From positions 6,448,001-6,512,000 of the forward strand of contig NW_024704757.1 in the NCBI RefSeq assembly GCF_018977255.1: 64,000 nucleotides of DNA, given 5' to 3'. A program made the translations under genes and the position numbers. The notes under the pieces were generated by a model. The model did no database searches. It was given only the letters and a program-made list of their open reading frames with translations, and was not told the DNA's origin. Origin of the DNA: Callorhinchus milii (taxonomy: Eukaryota). Below are positions 37,536-51,500 of the stretch, in pieces (the first letter of the stretch is position 1; every line of letters begins with the position of its first letter).

Positions 37536-38690
37536 TACAGTATATTTTGTGATGGTCTTTACAGCATATTTTATGAAGCACTTTGAGACGTCTCGAAGAC
37601 ATGATAAGAGTTCATATTCTCTGCACATTTGATATAACTCGTACTTTGCACAAGTCACATAAGTTGTGACTTATGTGAGGTTTACTGTGATGTAACGTAT
37701 CCACTCTCTCCCTCCAGCTTGCTGGCTGTATCACAGGCAAAATAGCAGCGATTGGTTTATGGGTTTTAAAAAGTCCGGTTAGAGAACAGAACCTGATCTT
37801 AACCAGGAAAAATGGAACAAACCAGCTTCGACAGAGCAAAAGGCAAACGCTGCCCCTTTTTTGCTTTGCTTTGGGACGCGGCCATGAAATGGACACTGCG
37901 ATCACTCTCGAGTAAGTAAATGATTTCAGGGATTTAAAGGTTTAAATGTCCCGGAGTTAGCACATCCTGACACTGACCAGCGGCTCCGCTCTGAGCATTG
38001 TGAGCTGATCACGTTTCCTCACCAAATCCTTTTCCTCTCTCCCCTTCCTTGGTGTCCCATCCCAGCCTACCGCCATACAGCAAAGCACTCCGAGACGCTA
38101 ACCTGCATGAAAGGCGCTGTGTAAATGCAAGTCATTTTACAGTATGGCTCTGGAGGTCACCAGTGTTCTTGTGCTAGGAGGAAAGCAATGGAGAACATTA
38201 CGTGGACAGAAGAACTCAAGGTGGCAGAGGGCAGCTGGTAGTTACCTACAGACCTTTACCCCACCCAGAGAAGAAAAGGGGAGAGGGGATATGCGGGAGG
38301 GGTGTGACAAGAGGAGGCGGAGTTACAAACACACAGAAGATGTAACTTTGGAATAGTTGGGAGTTGTCGTAAAGTGTCAGCGCATTTCCCAGTGTGAATT
38401 GATATCGATTTTGCTGTATCTATGGTCTCAGTTTTAAGAATAAGTCTGGCTATTTGTATTACATAATAAACTTTGGATTATTACACCACCGTATTGGTCT
38501 TCTCCATTGGAATCTCTTACCGGGGGTATAGAGAGAAAGGATAGAGGGTGAGAGAGAAACCGAGGGGAGAAAACAACGACGACATCAAATTATATTTGTA
38601 TAGGGCCTTTTATGGGAGGAAGCATGTCCCAAAGTGCTGAAAAAAAATACAGAGAGAAAAAAAGTCAACTGGTTAATTATATAGTATAAA

Positions 38691-41600
38691 TTTATTGTAG
38701 GTATTAATTCATATAAACAGTAGATATATTTTGTAATTGTAAACCAATGCATTTGCTGACTATTTCTGTATGCTATCTCGATAACGTTCCAATTATTCAG
38801 TAAAGTGCTTCAAAAACAAAAAAACCTTCGCTGCGGAACAGAGGGGAAAATGGACCCTAACTTGAGATCACTCGCCAGGCAGCAACTCCGGTTACAATTA
38901 GCTTACTGTTGGCACCCGATAATGCAAGGCAAGGTTTTATATAAGGCAGGTAAATACAGTGCTACTTTGCTGTTGGTAAGAATCACTCATAGTCTAAACA
39001 TTCTCACTGTAAACATCTTCCACACAGACAGACAGACACACATAGACGAGACAAAGAGCTACTTAGAACCAGGGCTTAAACAGCTTCTTGCATTTTCCAA
39101 CGCTGGGTAAAATGAGGAGAGCAAACATACAAGCTACATTGGCATCCAGTTATAAGGTTTCAGAGTTGAAATGAGGTGAGGAGAGAGAAGTGGGGGTAGG
39201 ATGGGGTAATGAGGAGGAACACAAAGAACAGCAAATGCTAGATTATTAATAATAATCCTTGCATAGCACCTTATCTCGTCGTTGAGACATCTCAAAGTGC
39301 TTCACAGATAATATTGTAAAGTGTGCATTTTGCGGGCAAAATGGTTCGGGATACGAAGGAAAAGCTTCACTGCAGCACCATGGATTCGGTTGCCACACTG
39401 GCAGCCACGAGGGAGCTGGTATCTTACATTCAAAGTCACCTTTTTCTAACCGTTCCTTACCCCTGGCTGCACAGTGTCAAGGGCAGGAAGTGTTGAAGGC
39501 TGTAGTGTGGCTACTTGTCGTAATCAGACAGTTTGAAGTGTATGTTCATTCTCAGAGGGAGGTATAGTGGGAGGTGAGGGAAATATATCACTATAAACAC
39601 ATCGTTCATATATAGAATGTGAACTGCAGGCTTCAGTGGCTGCCTGCGAGTGAGATTGGCAATTTAGTGCGTCCACATCCAGTGCGTGCGTGAGTGTGGG
39701 TGGGGGAAAACCAAATCAGTGTTTCTGAGACCATTGAATTCGGGAAAGAAACCTTTACAGGAAAAAAACAGAACTTCGCCCCACAAAGTGTCACTGCTGG
39801 ATCTGAACTCAGTTCCTTGAACTGAGAAAGTGTGGAAACCCTAAGCACTCTGCACAGTCCCAGGGAAGTTTGGAAACTGTGGTGCTTTTGCTGCCCTTGT
39901 TTTTGAGGAAGGAGGGAATAATAATAATTATAATAATCCTTGCATTTGGTATAGCACATTATCACGTCATTGAGACGTCTCAAAGCGCTTCACAGAACAT
40001 ACTGTAAGGGAAGTGGGGGAGGGAGGGAAAGAAAGGACAGGAAACGTAAAGGCTCCAGCCTCCATACGCAGTTATTTAACACACTGGTCTTGTCACTGAA
40101 AACCCATTCCAGGCCCCGTCTCATTTCATCCTGTCACAGGAAAAAACAAGTTTGGGGAGTTGATGTCTCTGGGAGCAGCCTGCGGACAGATCCTTCCATC
40201 TCCAGTCCACCAAGTCCTCATCTTAACACAGAGCGAGTGACATACACACACACACAAGGTCAGAACTGGAGGTCGTCACCCTCTCTCCCCACACTTGCCC
40301 ACACACACACACATACAGATTTCATAGTTTGACTTAACAAATCTTTCCTCCTCTCCTAGAGAGAGAGAGAGAGGTGGGGGGGGTTTGGTTACTTAACAAC
40401 ACAACTCCAAGCACATCAGCCAACAAGAAGTAGCCTGACGTCAGGCACCTGGCAAAGTACAAAAGGCAGTGAAAGCTTCTTCTCTCATCAGTTCCTCCCT
40501 TTAACTGGAAAACATCTCCTTTGAAGCCAGCCTTCCTGTTTAGACACAAAGTGGCTCGGGGGGGGCTGACTCCAGGACGGAAACTGCAAGAACACGGTTT
40601 GCAATGGGAACATTTTTTTGAAACCTCCTGCGTTTTATAACTGAGTCAGCATCTCAGGTCCTCAAATGGTATCAGGCTTCAAGGTTAATGTAATGGGGGA
40701 AAGGGAAGGGGGGGAGGACATTGAAGCACACAACATGAACAAACGGTACAGAGGGTGTGCTTAAGGCTATGCTATACCTTGGCTGACAAATTAATAGCTT
40801 AATGCTGGTGGTTAATGGTTAATTGCAAGTAATCGTTTAACTGTAACCAGATATCCCATCATTCGGGAGGCAAATAAACAAACCAACTCTGTTGTTCTGA
40901 GTGTGTTTCCAGCTCAGGCTCAAGTTCCTCAACTGGCGTCAATACAAGATTGGGCTCACAGAGCAACTCCCACCTCTTATTTATTGGCGTCCTCTGGCAG
41001 AACGTGTGAAAAAGCAGCTCGCTCCTGACTGCCTCCTCACCGTACATAGAGAGAGAGAACCTTACACACAGTAACACAGCAGAAATAAAGGACCCAGCTT
41101 TGGGAGGTTGGTGGGGTGGGGTGAGGGAGGGCGTAATGGAAAAACTGGGGAACCGAACCCTAAACTATCACTCTGGGGACTCTGCGGAACCATGACATCA
41201 AATGGATCAATTTAAATCGTCGGAGCCCAGCACTGCGTGGGTTAACAAGCGAATCAAACCACTCTCAAAACCGTTGCTGTTCGCGTATGATTACAACGCA
41301 ACCCACACCCCCGCCCACCCCCATCCCAAAGTGCCAACGCTCCACTTCCCGTAGGAGATGTGGAGAAACAAGGTACCTCTCACTACCCACTCAGAGGGCT
41401 CCACAGAAACCCACCCCCCACCCCTCCGTCACGCTCCCCCCAGATCCCTCACGTCCTTTAAACTATTGGACACGAAAAACAAACAACTTAACTGCAAATC
41501 TGCGAGCAAGGCCAATTCCTGATGGAGAGTTGCTGAAGCGCGCTGGAGGAAAGGCCTCAGTGCTGTGATAGGAATCCAGAGAGCTGTGGAATTTCCTGTG

Positions 41601-41712
41601 GTGCTCGCTGGGCACAGTACAACCTCTTCTGTCCAACAGACTTGGGGCCCAAAATATTCCAGTTATTCAGTGACTGGGAACTGTTAATCCTAGGGCTGAG
41701 ATTGAAGCCTCT

Positions 41713-41750
<38 letters not shown>

Positions 41751-42560
41751 TCAACTAAGCACCTACAGCACCCAACCTTTAATCCTTTCTTACCCCATCC
41801 CACCACCCACCAATCCACCCCACCAGGACCCCATGTTATTAACCCTTGCCTCCCCAACATTGGATGATATAAAACTACGGCTGGAGTGATGTGAACTGCG
41901 TGTGGTTAACACAGCAAGTGTTCGCGACCAGCACGACAGAGCTGGACACAGTTGCACACATGGGAACTGATTAGATTGTAACGCGCTTTGGCTGAGATCA
42001 TACACCCCTCTACCCTGTGGGGGGGGGGGGGGGGGGGGAGGGGGAGAAAGAGGGGAGATGAAATGTCCTGCGGCAACTAGGAAGGCTGCTGAGTGACAAC
42101 TAGCAGCAGGAAGCAGCAGTCAGCACAACAGTGTAGAAATGGGTTTTACACTGATGTGACTGTTCCTTTTTTCCTGGAGTGTCTAGTTCCCCTCCCACAC
42201 ACACGAGGCTTATATTTCAGCTCAGTTCAAGAGTTTCAAAGATTTCCTGACAGAGCACTAGCCTCACTGTGAGCTGGTCTCTAATCACAGTAACACAGGG
42301 AAAACCACACAACAGCCAGAGAAATAGCCCAACGGTCTCCCAGCCAAGGTCACAGCAGGCCGGAGAAGAGGAAACTTACTCACTACTGAGAAGCCTGAGT
42401 CTCGGGAAAACTTTCAAACCAAAGTCAGGAGAAGTAGGAATAACAACCAGAATGTTGTACAGATGAAGCGAAAGGAAAAATTAAGTCCACTCTTCGCACA
42501 ACCTCTTCTCTCCCGCCTTTGAAAATTGCCCCCCCAACAGCGCAAGAATGCTGTGGAATG
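38691..42560 (-). other. Probable long 3' UTR of SNX8, ending near AATAAA (minus) at 38691-38696
   Basis: No exons between the SNX8 stop and this point; AATAAA in an AU-rich context. A more proximal AATAAA lies near 40980. Confidence 0.45.
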
Positions 42561-45500
42561 TCACTGGGGGAAGAAGGTGCTGGGGTTGTGCCAGGCTCCA
42601 GGCCTTGGGGACACAGGGGGTGACGGGGTCCCGTTGGGCAGGAGGCAGCCCAGCTTCGGCTTCAAGTCGTTCCACACCTCGCACATCTGGAGAGAAGAAA
42701 CACATGTTACACTTATACACAAAACATCAGCCACATTAGTGCGGTTACTGAGCCAGGCGGGTTCACAGGATTCCAGGGCACTGTAGAAGGACAGCCCAGT
42801 CACTGTAGCAGGGAATCCTCCCACTCAGGTCCCGTTATGCCCGCAAGCCAAAGCCCTAATGGATAGGGTGGTCCTAGCTGGACAAGCAGCAAGAAGGCTT
42901 GCCAGACAGCACTCTCAATGGCAAGCTATACAGTTTTAACTGGTTCCAGCAGTTACTCCAATGCACAATCTGGGGTACCCAAGCCTTGGTTCTTTCCAAC
43001 ACGCACCTAATACTCTCCAAATTAGTTAAGCGGCATGGAGAGAGGGCCTGTAATCTGTTCCATATCTAGGTGGTGTACATACATGCATATCTGTCTGGTT
43101 TGGAGAATAGTGTTGGTTTCCGCACGTGTCAGACACATGCCTGACCAAAGGTGTAAAGCAATTCGTAGAACAGTGTGAGGACCTTGAAGTCAATCCATTC
43201 TGTGATGGGGAGCCAGTGGAGCCTGGTGACTTGTGCAATGTGGGTACTTATTAATTATTGCTTATAAAGAGCAGAGTTCCTGGGGGTTTAAGAGTTGAAG
43301 AGTTACCAGGACAACCCATGCCCACAGGTTGGTGGGTCCGTACCTCTCTGTGGCCTTGGATCTGGGAGTCGATGAAGGCGGTCAGCACGTGAGACGTGAT
43401 GTGCAGGTAGATGTGGATGAGCTGGGTTTCCTGGTGAAGGCAGTACATGGAGAAGTAATTGCGCAGCTCCATGTTCAGGATGGCGTTCTCTTGCTGAAAC
43501 ACGAGAGCACGGATTTAACACAAAACACTTTCCATCTTCAACACCATTTCACATTAGGTCCTGACTCCCAACCCTGGATATCTCTTTTTCACGTCCGTTC
43601 ATCCCCCTCCTTCTCCCCTCTCTCTCCCTCTGATACAGCAATTTTCACTTCGGAGGGCATCCCAAAGAGCTTCACATGATTTACTGTGAAGTGTAGTGAC
43701 TGTGTGCATTGTCGGTGAACCCGGCAGCCAGTTTGAGCACAGCAAAACATCCCACAAACAGCCATGAAGTGAGTGACCAATTTTATCTGGGGGATTGTCG
43801 GCCGGGGCATCAGAGAGAGAAATTCTCTTCTCAAGTCGTGCTGAGGGAGACCTTTAACATCCACCTGATGAGGCGCAGATGAGACCTCGGTTTATGGTCT
43901 CACTGGAAGGGACGACACCTCCAACACTGTACGATATAGTCCCCGACGTGGGGGCTTGAACCCACAACCTCTGACACAGAGGCAACAATGCTACCAAATG
44001 AGTGTATCCCATCCATCTGACTCTGTGTCTCCTGCTTTTTGACAGTATGTATCAGGGCCACCCCTCTCCCTCCCACTCGCCACCCGGTCACACCTGCACA
44101 ATGCGAGACTCCAGTTGCTCCACAGACAGCGGCTCCTTGCTCTGCACCGTCACACTCATCATCTGCCGCTTCATAGACGTGTATTTCTGTAGCGCTCGCT
44201 GGTGCTCGTGCAACACCCCCTTCTCGTGCCGCTCGCACAAATCCTGAACCGGGAAAGGAGGAGAGACGCACATACACATCACATACGCGCACAGGCACGC
44301 AAACACGCACGCACAACCCACACCACACCCACAATACATGCCCACACACCAACCATACACACACACCACGCCCACACACACAAGGAATAACTGGGGTAGA
44401 AAGGGGTGAGGGAGCAAAGTACGTTCAGTCAATTCCCTGCCCCCCAACCCCAGCGACACCTTCCCCCTCACCGCAGGTGTGGCTCTCCCTACAGCCGTGC
44501 TGTAAAACTCACTCACTTTGTAAGACTGCAGCAAATCGAGGAAGATGCTGAGTTTTTCCACCACCTCCTCTTCCTCTCGCTTTCCCTGCCACAAACAGAG
44601 ATAGACACGGATACAGTAAACAATACCACATTGCGATCAGACTGTCCATCGTCACTCTCTCCCCACACCACCGACTCCCACTCAGGAACAACTCCAGCCA
44701 CAGGCTGTGACACCTTGTCCAGCTAGAACCACCCTCCGGTCGCTCAGGGCAGGGATTCTTGCCACTTGGCGCCTGAACTAAAGCCCTAACGGATCGGGTG
44801 GTCCTAGCTGGACAAGCAGCTGGAAGCCTGGCAGGCAGTGGTCTGAACAATAATAATCCTTGCATTTGATACAGCGCCTTATCACATCTCATCATCCTCG
44901 AGACATTTCAAAGCGCTTCACAGGATACTCTGTAAAGTGTAGCGACTGTGTATTTTGTGGAGCGAAATGCAGTAGCCAGTTTGCGCACAACCGTGTCCCG
45001 CAAACAGCTGTGGAGGGAACGACATACACAGTATACAAAACAAACAAAAAGAAAAAATTGTGCTCCAATTTGGACAGAATTTTGAAAAATTTACCAATTT
45101 GGTCAAAGCATTATTTTCCAATTTGGAATGAAACTGAGGATGTATGAATATTATTCAGTTTGAGTTTGCAAGTTCCAGATAGCACTGGCTTTCTGGCAAG
45201 CTATGTGGGATCAGCTGGTTAAACTCTAGCAGTTATCTCCATTGCACACTCTAGGCTCCCACCCCCCAGAGCCTCGTCTCTCGCCAGCCTGTGCCTTAAG
45301 CACTACAGGACGCTGTCCTGAGTGAAGGAAGCAATATAAGTGCAAGTTGTTGTTATACTCACTGGAGTTGGCTAGGCAGGGAGTGCACATTCCATTCCAG
45401 ACAGAAGGAAATATCCATGTGCACAGAGGTGGACTGTCAGTCTGGTTTGGAGACAGTTTGGGGTGTGGTTGTGTATGTGTGTCTGTGTGCGTGTGTGTGC

Positions 45501-48500
45501 GCATGTCAGACACTCGGCTGAGTGTTGGGTGGACTTACCTGTTGTGCTGACTTATCAGCGAGTAAAGCGAACTCCACAGAGAGGCCCCTGAGCGCCTGCC
45601 TCAGCAAACCCCACGTGTTACTGGTCACTGAAGCCCAGGAGGGCACCGGTGTGGTGTCCGAGCCCAGAGTACTGCAACACAGGAGCAGAGCGAGAGATTT
45701 ACATCACAGCAGCTAATCTTACTTCATCACATCAGCCATTACTACAGTATTAATAATAATCCTTGTGCCTTATCATGTCTTTGAAACAGCTCAAAGAGCT
45801 TCACAGAATATACTGTAAAGTGGAGTGACTGTATTTTGTGGGTGAAACGCATCAGCCAACAGCACACAGTAGCTTCCCACAAACAGTTGTAGATTGAGTG
45901 ACCACATTTTTTTTTGGAAGGGATTATTACCCCCGGAAAGCGATCCGCCAATCGACTAACAACCGGGATCCTGCTTACGGCTAGGTAAACAGAGGCGTGT
46001 GGAGTAAGGAAACTTAACATCAGTCAACAGTGAGCACCTACAGGTGTTCACAAACTCCTGTTACCGCGTTTTTTCGCTCTCTTTATCACAATGAATTTTT
46101 ATTTTCTGTTGCAGATGAGTCGAGTGTAACAATGTCTGATACCAGTAACTTCCTTCTCACTCCATCCTTGTTACAGAAGATGTGGCACCAAACTTGGGGA
46201 CTGATCATTATCTGCCATGAAAATGATGAAGCTCACACTCACTAGCACTGGTGCATGTTCCTCTGGACATCTAAATACAGTTAAACACTTATACTGAAAA
46301 CAATTAAGTACTGTAAGTACTTCTAAGTACAATTAGCAACATTCTTCCACACGCTTCAGTTGTTGGTCAGTACACTATAGGAGGGGAAAAAAAACATGGG
46401 GGTAACAGGACTTTGTGGACACTTTGTACAATAAAGCTGGGAGGGGAAAGAAGTAATAATAATAATAATCCTTGCATTTGATGTAGCGCTTTTCACATCT
46501 TCTCGACGTCTCAAAGCGCTTCACAGAATAGACTGTAAAGTGAATTGACCATATATTTGTGGGCGAAACGCAGCAGCCAATTGCACAAGGCAATGTCCCA
46601 CAAACAGTTGTGGATTGAAAATGACCAATTAATTATTGTTTTGGAGGGATTATTATTCAGTTGTTGGTGAATTACTTACGGACGGGCTGGGCGGGGAGTT
46701 AAAACAGGACACAGGAAACAGGTCAAAGTATTGTCAAACATCTCAATGTAACCCTGGATTAGAGAACATACTGAATGTCAACCCTTACCACAAACTCCAA
46801 CCTGGAGGAGAGAGTGTGATTCAATGAGACAGATTGACAGCTCTAACGCAAGCCCCCCACCCCCGTCCTCCTCAATGCAATTTATCCTGTGCCCCGAGGC
46901 AGGACGTGCTTCCTTGTTCAAGCCCCCCATTCCCCCCCCATCTCCTGACTTGCTAAGAGCAGCTGTAAGCAACCCTCGCATTCAATGAGTTTCGCTGCCA
47001 ATTTACGCTGGCAGAAACCTGGACTAAATATTCAACACTTATAATTACATATCTCTGAGCGGAAGACCTCAGGTTGATACAAGCTACAAGCTGGTTCGTA
47101 TGGGGGTGGTGGTGGTGGGGGGTTGGGGTGGGGGAGGAACAGAAGGAGTCAAGCGCCCTCCCACTTTCTATCTCCCCACTGCCCCTCTCTTCCCCCCACC
47201 CCCCCCCACCTCTCTGAGCTGAGGGACGCTCGTCAGGGTTCCCAAGCCAATGAATTCTAGAATCTTACAGCAACAGAAGAAGGCCATTTGGCCCTTCATG
47301 CCTATGATGGCTCTTTGAAAGAGCTACCAACTAGTCCCACTGCCCCGCTCGTACCCCATAGCCCTGCACATTTTTTCCTTTTGAAATACTACGGCAGTAG
47401 GATAGAGTTCCAGAGAGAAGGAAAGACCTCAGAAGACCCCAGACCCCCGCAGCTCCTGTTGTGCCAGCGCTATACTCGCCTCAGCTCCTTCCCGAACAAC
47501 AGGAGATCGGTGGCGTTGTCAGCAGAGCGGGAGGCCATCCTCTCGGCCCGGTCCCTCAGCTTGTGGAAACTGTTGTAAATGTTCCTGATCAGCTCCCGGC
47601 TGGCCCCAAACTGAGCCTGGATGTCGGGAGGCAGCAGATCCTGGGGAAGCGGAAAACCATGGAGCATTTTATAATAAGAATATAATAATCCCTGCATCTG
47701 ATATACCACCTTGTCACGTCTTCAAGACGTCTCAAAGTGCTTCACAGAATACATTGAAAAAAATAGTGACTGTATATTTTGTGTGCGAAACGTGGCAGCC
47801 AATTGTGCACAGCAGTGTTCCACAAACAGTCGTGGATTGAGTGACCAAGTATATATATGTATTACCCCCAGAAAGCGATCTGGTAATCGACTAATAACCG
47901 GGTTCCAAGTTACTGCTAAGCAAATAGAGACGTGTGGAATAAGGAAACTTGCCTAAGGTTTCACCCTGCCTGGGAATCGAATCCGGGTCCTCTTGTTTGC
48001 GAGGTGAGTGCTCTAAACTCTACGCTATAGGACTGCACATCGCTATTCCTGACCAGTTACCTTGGCAGTAGTTGCTATTTCACACGTCATGAACTCATCA
48101 CCAACACCTCGGAACGATTCCCGGATTTTGTTCTGAACATCCTTTTAACAAGAGAGAGATTTAAGTTTTAAACATACACTGTTACCACGCACCAAGACGT
48201 GGTACGTATGCATAAAGAGATCTTAAAGTCCAATGTCTCAACAACACATTACATTTGTATAGCGTCTTTCACGACGAAAGGACGTTCCAAGCCGCTGGAC
48301 AATCAGTGTTTCGGATCCGAGCTGGGGATCGGGGAGGGTGGAGAGCAAGGTGGTTGGGGGGGTGGGGGGCGGAACGAGAGTGACCAAAGGCACAGTCGAA
48401 TAGGAAGATCCTGAAGGTGGCAAGGGAGGGGCGAGGCGGAGGGACTGCGGGATGGAGTTCCAGAGGGTGGTGGCAGAGCGGCTGAAGGTTCGGCCGCCAC

Positions 48501-51500
48501 CTGACTCTGAGGCCAGAGAGCACTACCAGCTGAGCCAAGAAAGCACCACAGATGAAAAGTTGTTGTTACGAAACAGGCTTGAAACTCGGGGGCGTTTTCA
48601 TCGGACCAGACGCGAGGAATCTAATAGTGGTCTCAGATTTCTGAGACTATTAATCGGAACCCTGCACAAAACTCTCAACTGTCTGAAAGGCGTTGTGTAA
48701 ATGGAATTTGTTGTTGAAGAGGATAAATAGATTGGTTGGCGCTGGCTGGAAATCGCTCACACACAGCTCACAGACCACTGCTCACACTTCCAGGCACAGC
48801 CCAGCCCAGCTCTGTTCAGTTACTCACGGAGCCACTGAAAGACAGGAAGACCTGGAGAAGCTCATCCTCGGAGAAAAAGGGGTGACGAGCGACCAGGTTA
48901 GCAAAGCGCTTCAGAGCACGGCGCCGAGACTCGATGAATTCCCGGTCAACTGCAGAGAGAACAAAACCAAAACATGTCTTCCACACGCAAGATACCGGGC
49001 AAGGATTCCTCCCCCACTCCCCCCCCCACATGCGCCAGCTGTCATAAAATCACACAATGCCACACATCCCAGGTTCTCCTGTACACTCAGGGGACTTACA
49101 CCGGGTGCACCATAACTGACTTAGAACAATAGCAACTTGCATGCAAATATCGCCTTTTACGTCGGGAGGATGTCCCAAGACACTGGACAATGTGGGGGTT
49201 GCACCCCAGCTGAAGGTTGGGATCAGAGAGAAGCAGAGGGCAAGGTGGGGGGGTTGGAGAGGGAAAATGACGAAGACACGGTCGAAGAGGAAGGTATTGA
49301 GATGGGCCTTGAAGGAGGCGAGGCGAAGGGGCTCCGGGAAGGAGTTCCAGATGGTGGGAACAGAAAGGCTGAAGGTCTGACCTCCGACAGTGGAGCGGGG
49401 AGGGCGGGGGACATGAAGCAGGTCCGCGTGCTGAGCGGACACGTTGGTGAAGTTTTAATAGGTCCAGAGTAAGGGAGGAGTACATTAAAAAAAGTCTCCT
49501 AACCTCTCAGTTTGCTAACTATCTAAAAACCGCTGCTCTCCAACCAATCACCGACCAGAGGAAATAAATTCTTCCTCTTGACTACATCTGTGGAGCCAGT
49601 TGCACTGCAACATGCACCATCTTGTGGGCTCAGTCTCACCTCGAAGCATTCTCTTTGGGGGCAAGGTGGGCACCATGCGATAAGGAAATCGCTGCAGAAG
49701 CACCTCGTGAAACACCACAAAATCATTGTAACGCCGGTACACAGAGGACTTGAAACGCTGCCAGAGGAGAGCGAGAGAGAGAGAGAGGGGGGGGGGGAAA
49801 AAAACACACGCATCAGACAAGGTCTCATATTCATCCTTCGCGAAAAATCACTGTACAAGAGCGAGCAAGCTATCATGACCCGCCCAAGCCTCAAGCCTTG
49901 GCTCTTGCCAACCTGCGCCTTATACTTTCCAGAATTAGATAAGCAGGAATGCATCCCTACAGGGAGAGAGAGAGAGAGAGAGTGCACATCCATGACAACA
50001 ATCTACCTCTGGGATTTCCATGCGTAGATGGGAATCATGGAATTCTCGGTTTGGTTTGGATACTCTTAAGCACGGTGATGGGCCTTTGTATGTGTCAGAC
50101 ACCCGGCTACATCAAATGTAAAGATTATTATATTATTAGAAGTCACAGGCAGTGCTGAGCCACACCAGAGCTTGGAAGGGGTGTGGGTGTGTGGGTGTGT
50201 GTGTGGGGGCAGGGTTAGTGGGATGAACGTCTCACTAGCAAAGCTGGATCCACACCACACACCTGGCTGGAAACTTCATATTCCACATGTTTGAGGAAAA
50301 GGCCCTTCTTCTCAGGAATGAGCTCCACCTCCACCGTGTCGATGGCCATGAGTTCAGGCAGGCTCCGGCACACCAGGATCGGGTTTGCCTGCGCCTGCAT
50401 CCTCACCGCCTCCAGCTCACCAGGAGCCCCCAGCTCAGGTTTCGGAAAGTCTTCGGAACAAAGAAGATTACTATAGGTCAGGGCGGCCTGTGGACCAATT
50501 TCATTTGCCCCCCCCCACACTTGTGAAGCGCTTTGACTCATTGACATGAAAAGACATGATATCAAACGCACAGTTTATTATTATCATCACCACCATGTCC
50601 TAGAAAGACAGGGCTATGTCACTGTACCTTGTGTGACGTTTTCCAGGAGCTTTGCTGAGGGCTGTTTTCCCTGTTGTGCGAAAGCGATAAGCACCAGAGC
50701 TTTGTACAGGACTGACCTGGAGATGGGCTCCTCCTTACACTCTATAATCTCAGCGATCTAGAAGCACAAGATGAAAATAGTAATATTACCCCACAAAAAA
50801 ATCTATCAACCTCAGTCTTGAAAATGTGAATGGATCTAGCATCCACAGCCTTTGGAGGAAGAGCATTCAAGATTTCCACTACCCATTAAGTGAAAAACTG
50901 CCTCCTGATTCCACTCCTGAATGGCCTAGCTCTATTTAATACTCCCCCCAGAAACCTTTTGGATTCACCCACCCACCAGAGGAAATAGTTTTGATGTATC
51001 TACCCTATCAAATCTCTTTATCAATTTAAACACCTCAATTAGATGAATTAGTTACCATTCATGTCCTCGCTGAGACGTTTCAACGATGTGATAAGGCGCC
51101 ATATCAAATACAAGGATATTATTATTATATTATTATTTACTAGCAATGAGCTGCTGAGTTACCTGGTTCTGTACAGCGGTGGGCAACTCAGTCCTGTTCA
51201 GCAACGTGTGGAACACATTCCTCTGCACTCGATCCTCGCGCTTACAGCAGATCGCTTCATATACCTCTCTGTAATACGGAGGCACAGAACCTGCCATTGA
51301 AAGAAGCTGTGAATTAGCCTGAGGTTTTCCTACAACACAGCGGAAATGCACAGCTAAAACAAGTAAGTAAATACACGTGATAATCTTACATTGTATGCAG
51401 CTCCTTTCAAGTCGGGAGGACATCTCAAAGCGCTTTGCAAAATGCACGGTAAAGTGTAGCGACCGTGTGTTTTATCGGCAATATGGCAGCCAATTTGCTC

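Noticed and set aside
47965-48035. tRNA-like sequences (also ~7650, 37470, 52230, 53225)
   Set aside because: They are heads of tRNA-derived SINEs, contiguous with the SINE body and degenerate.
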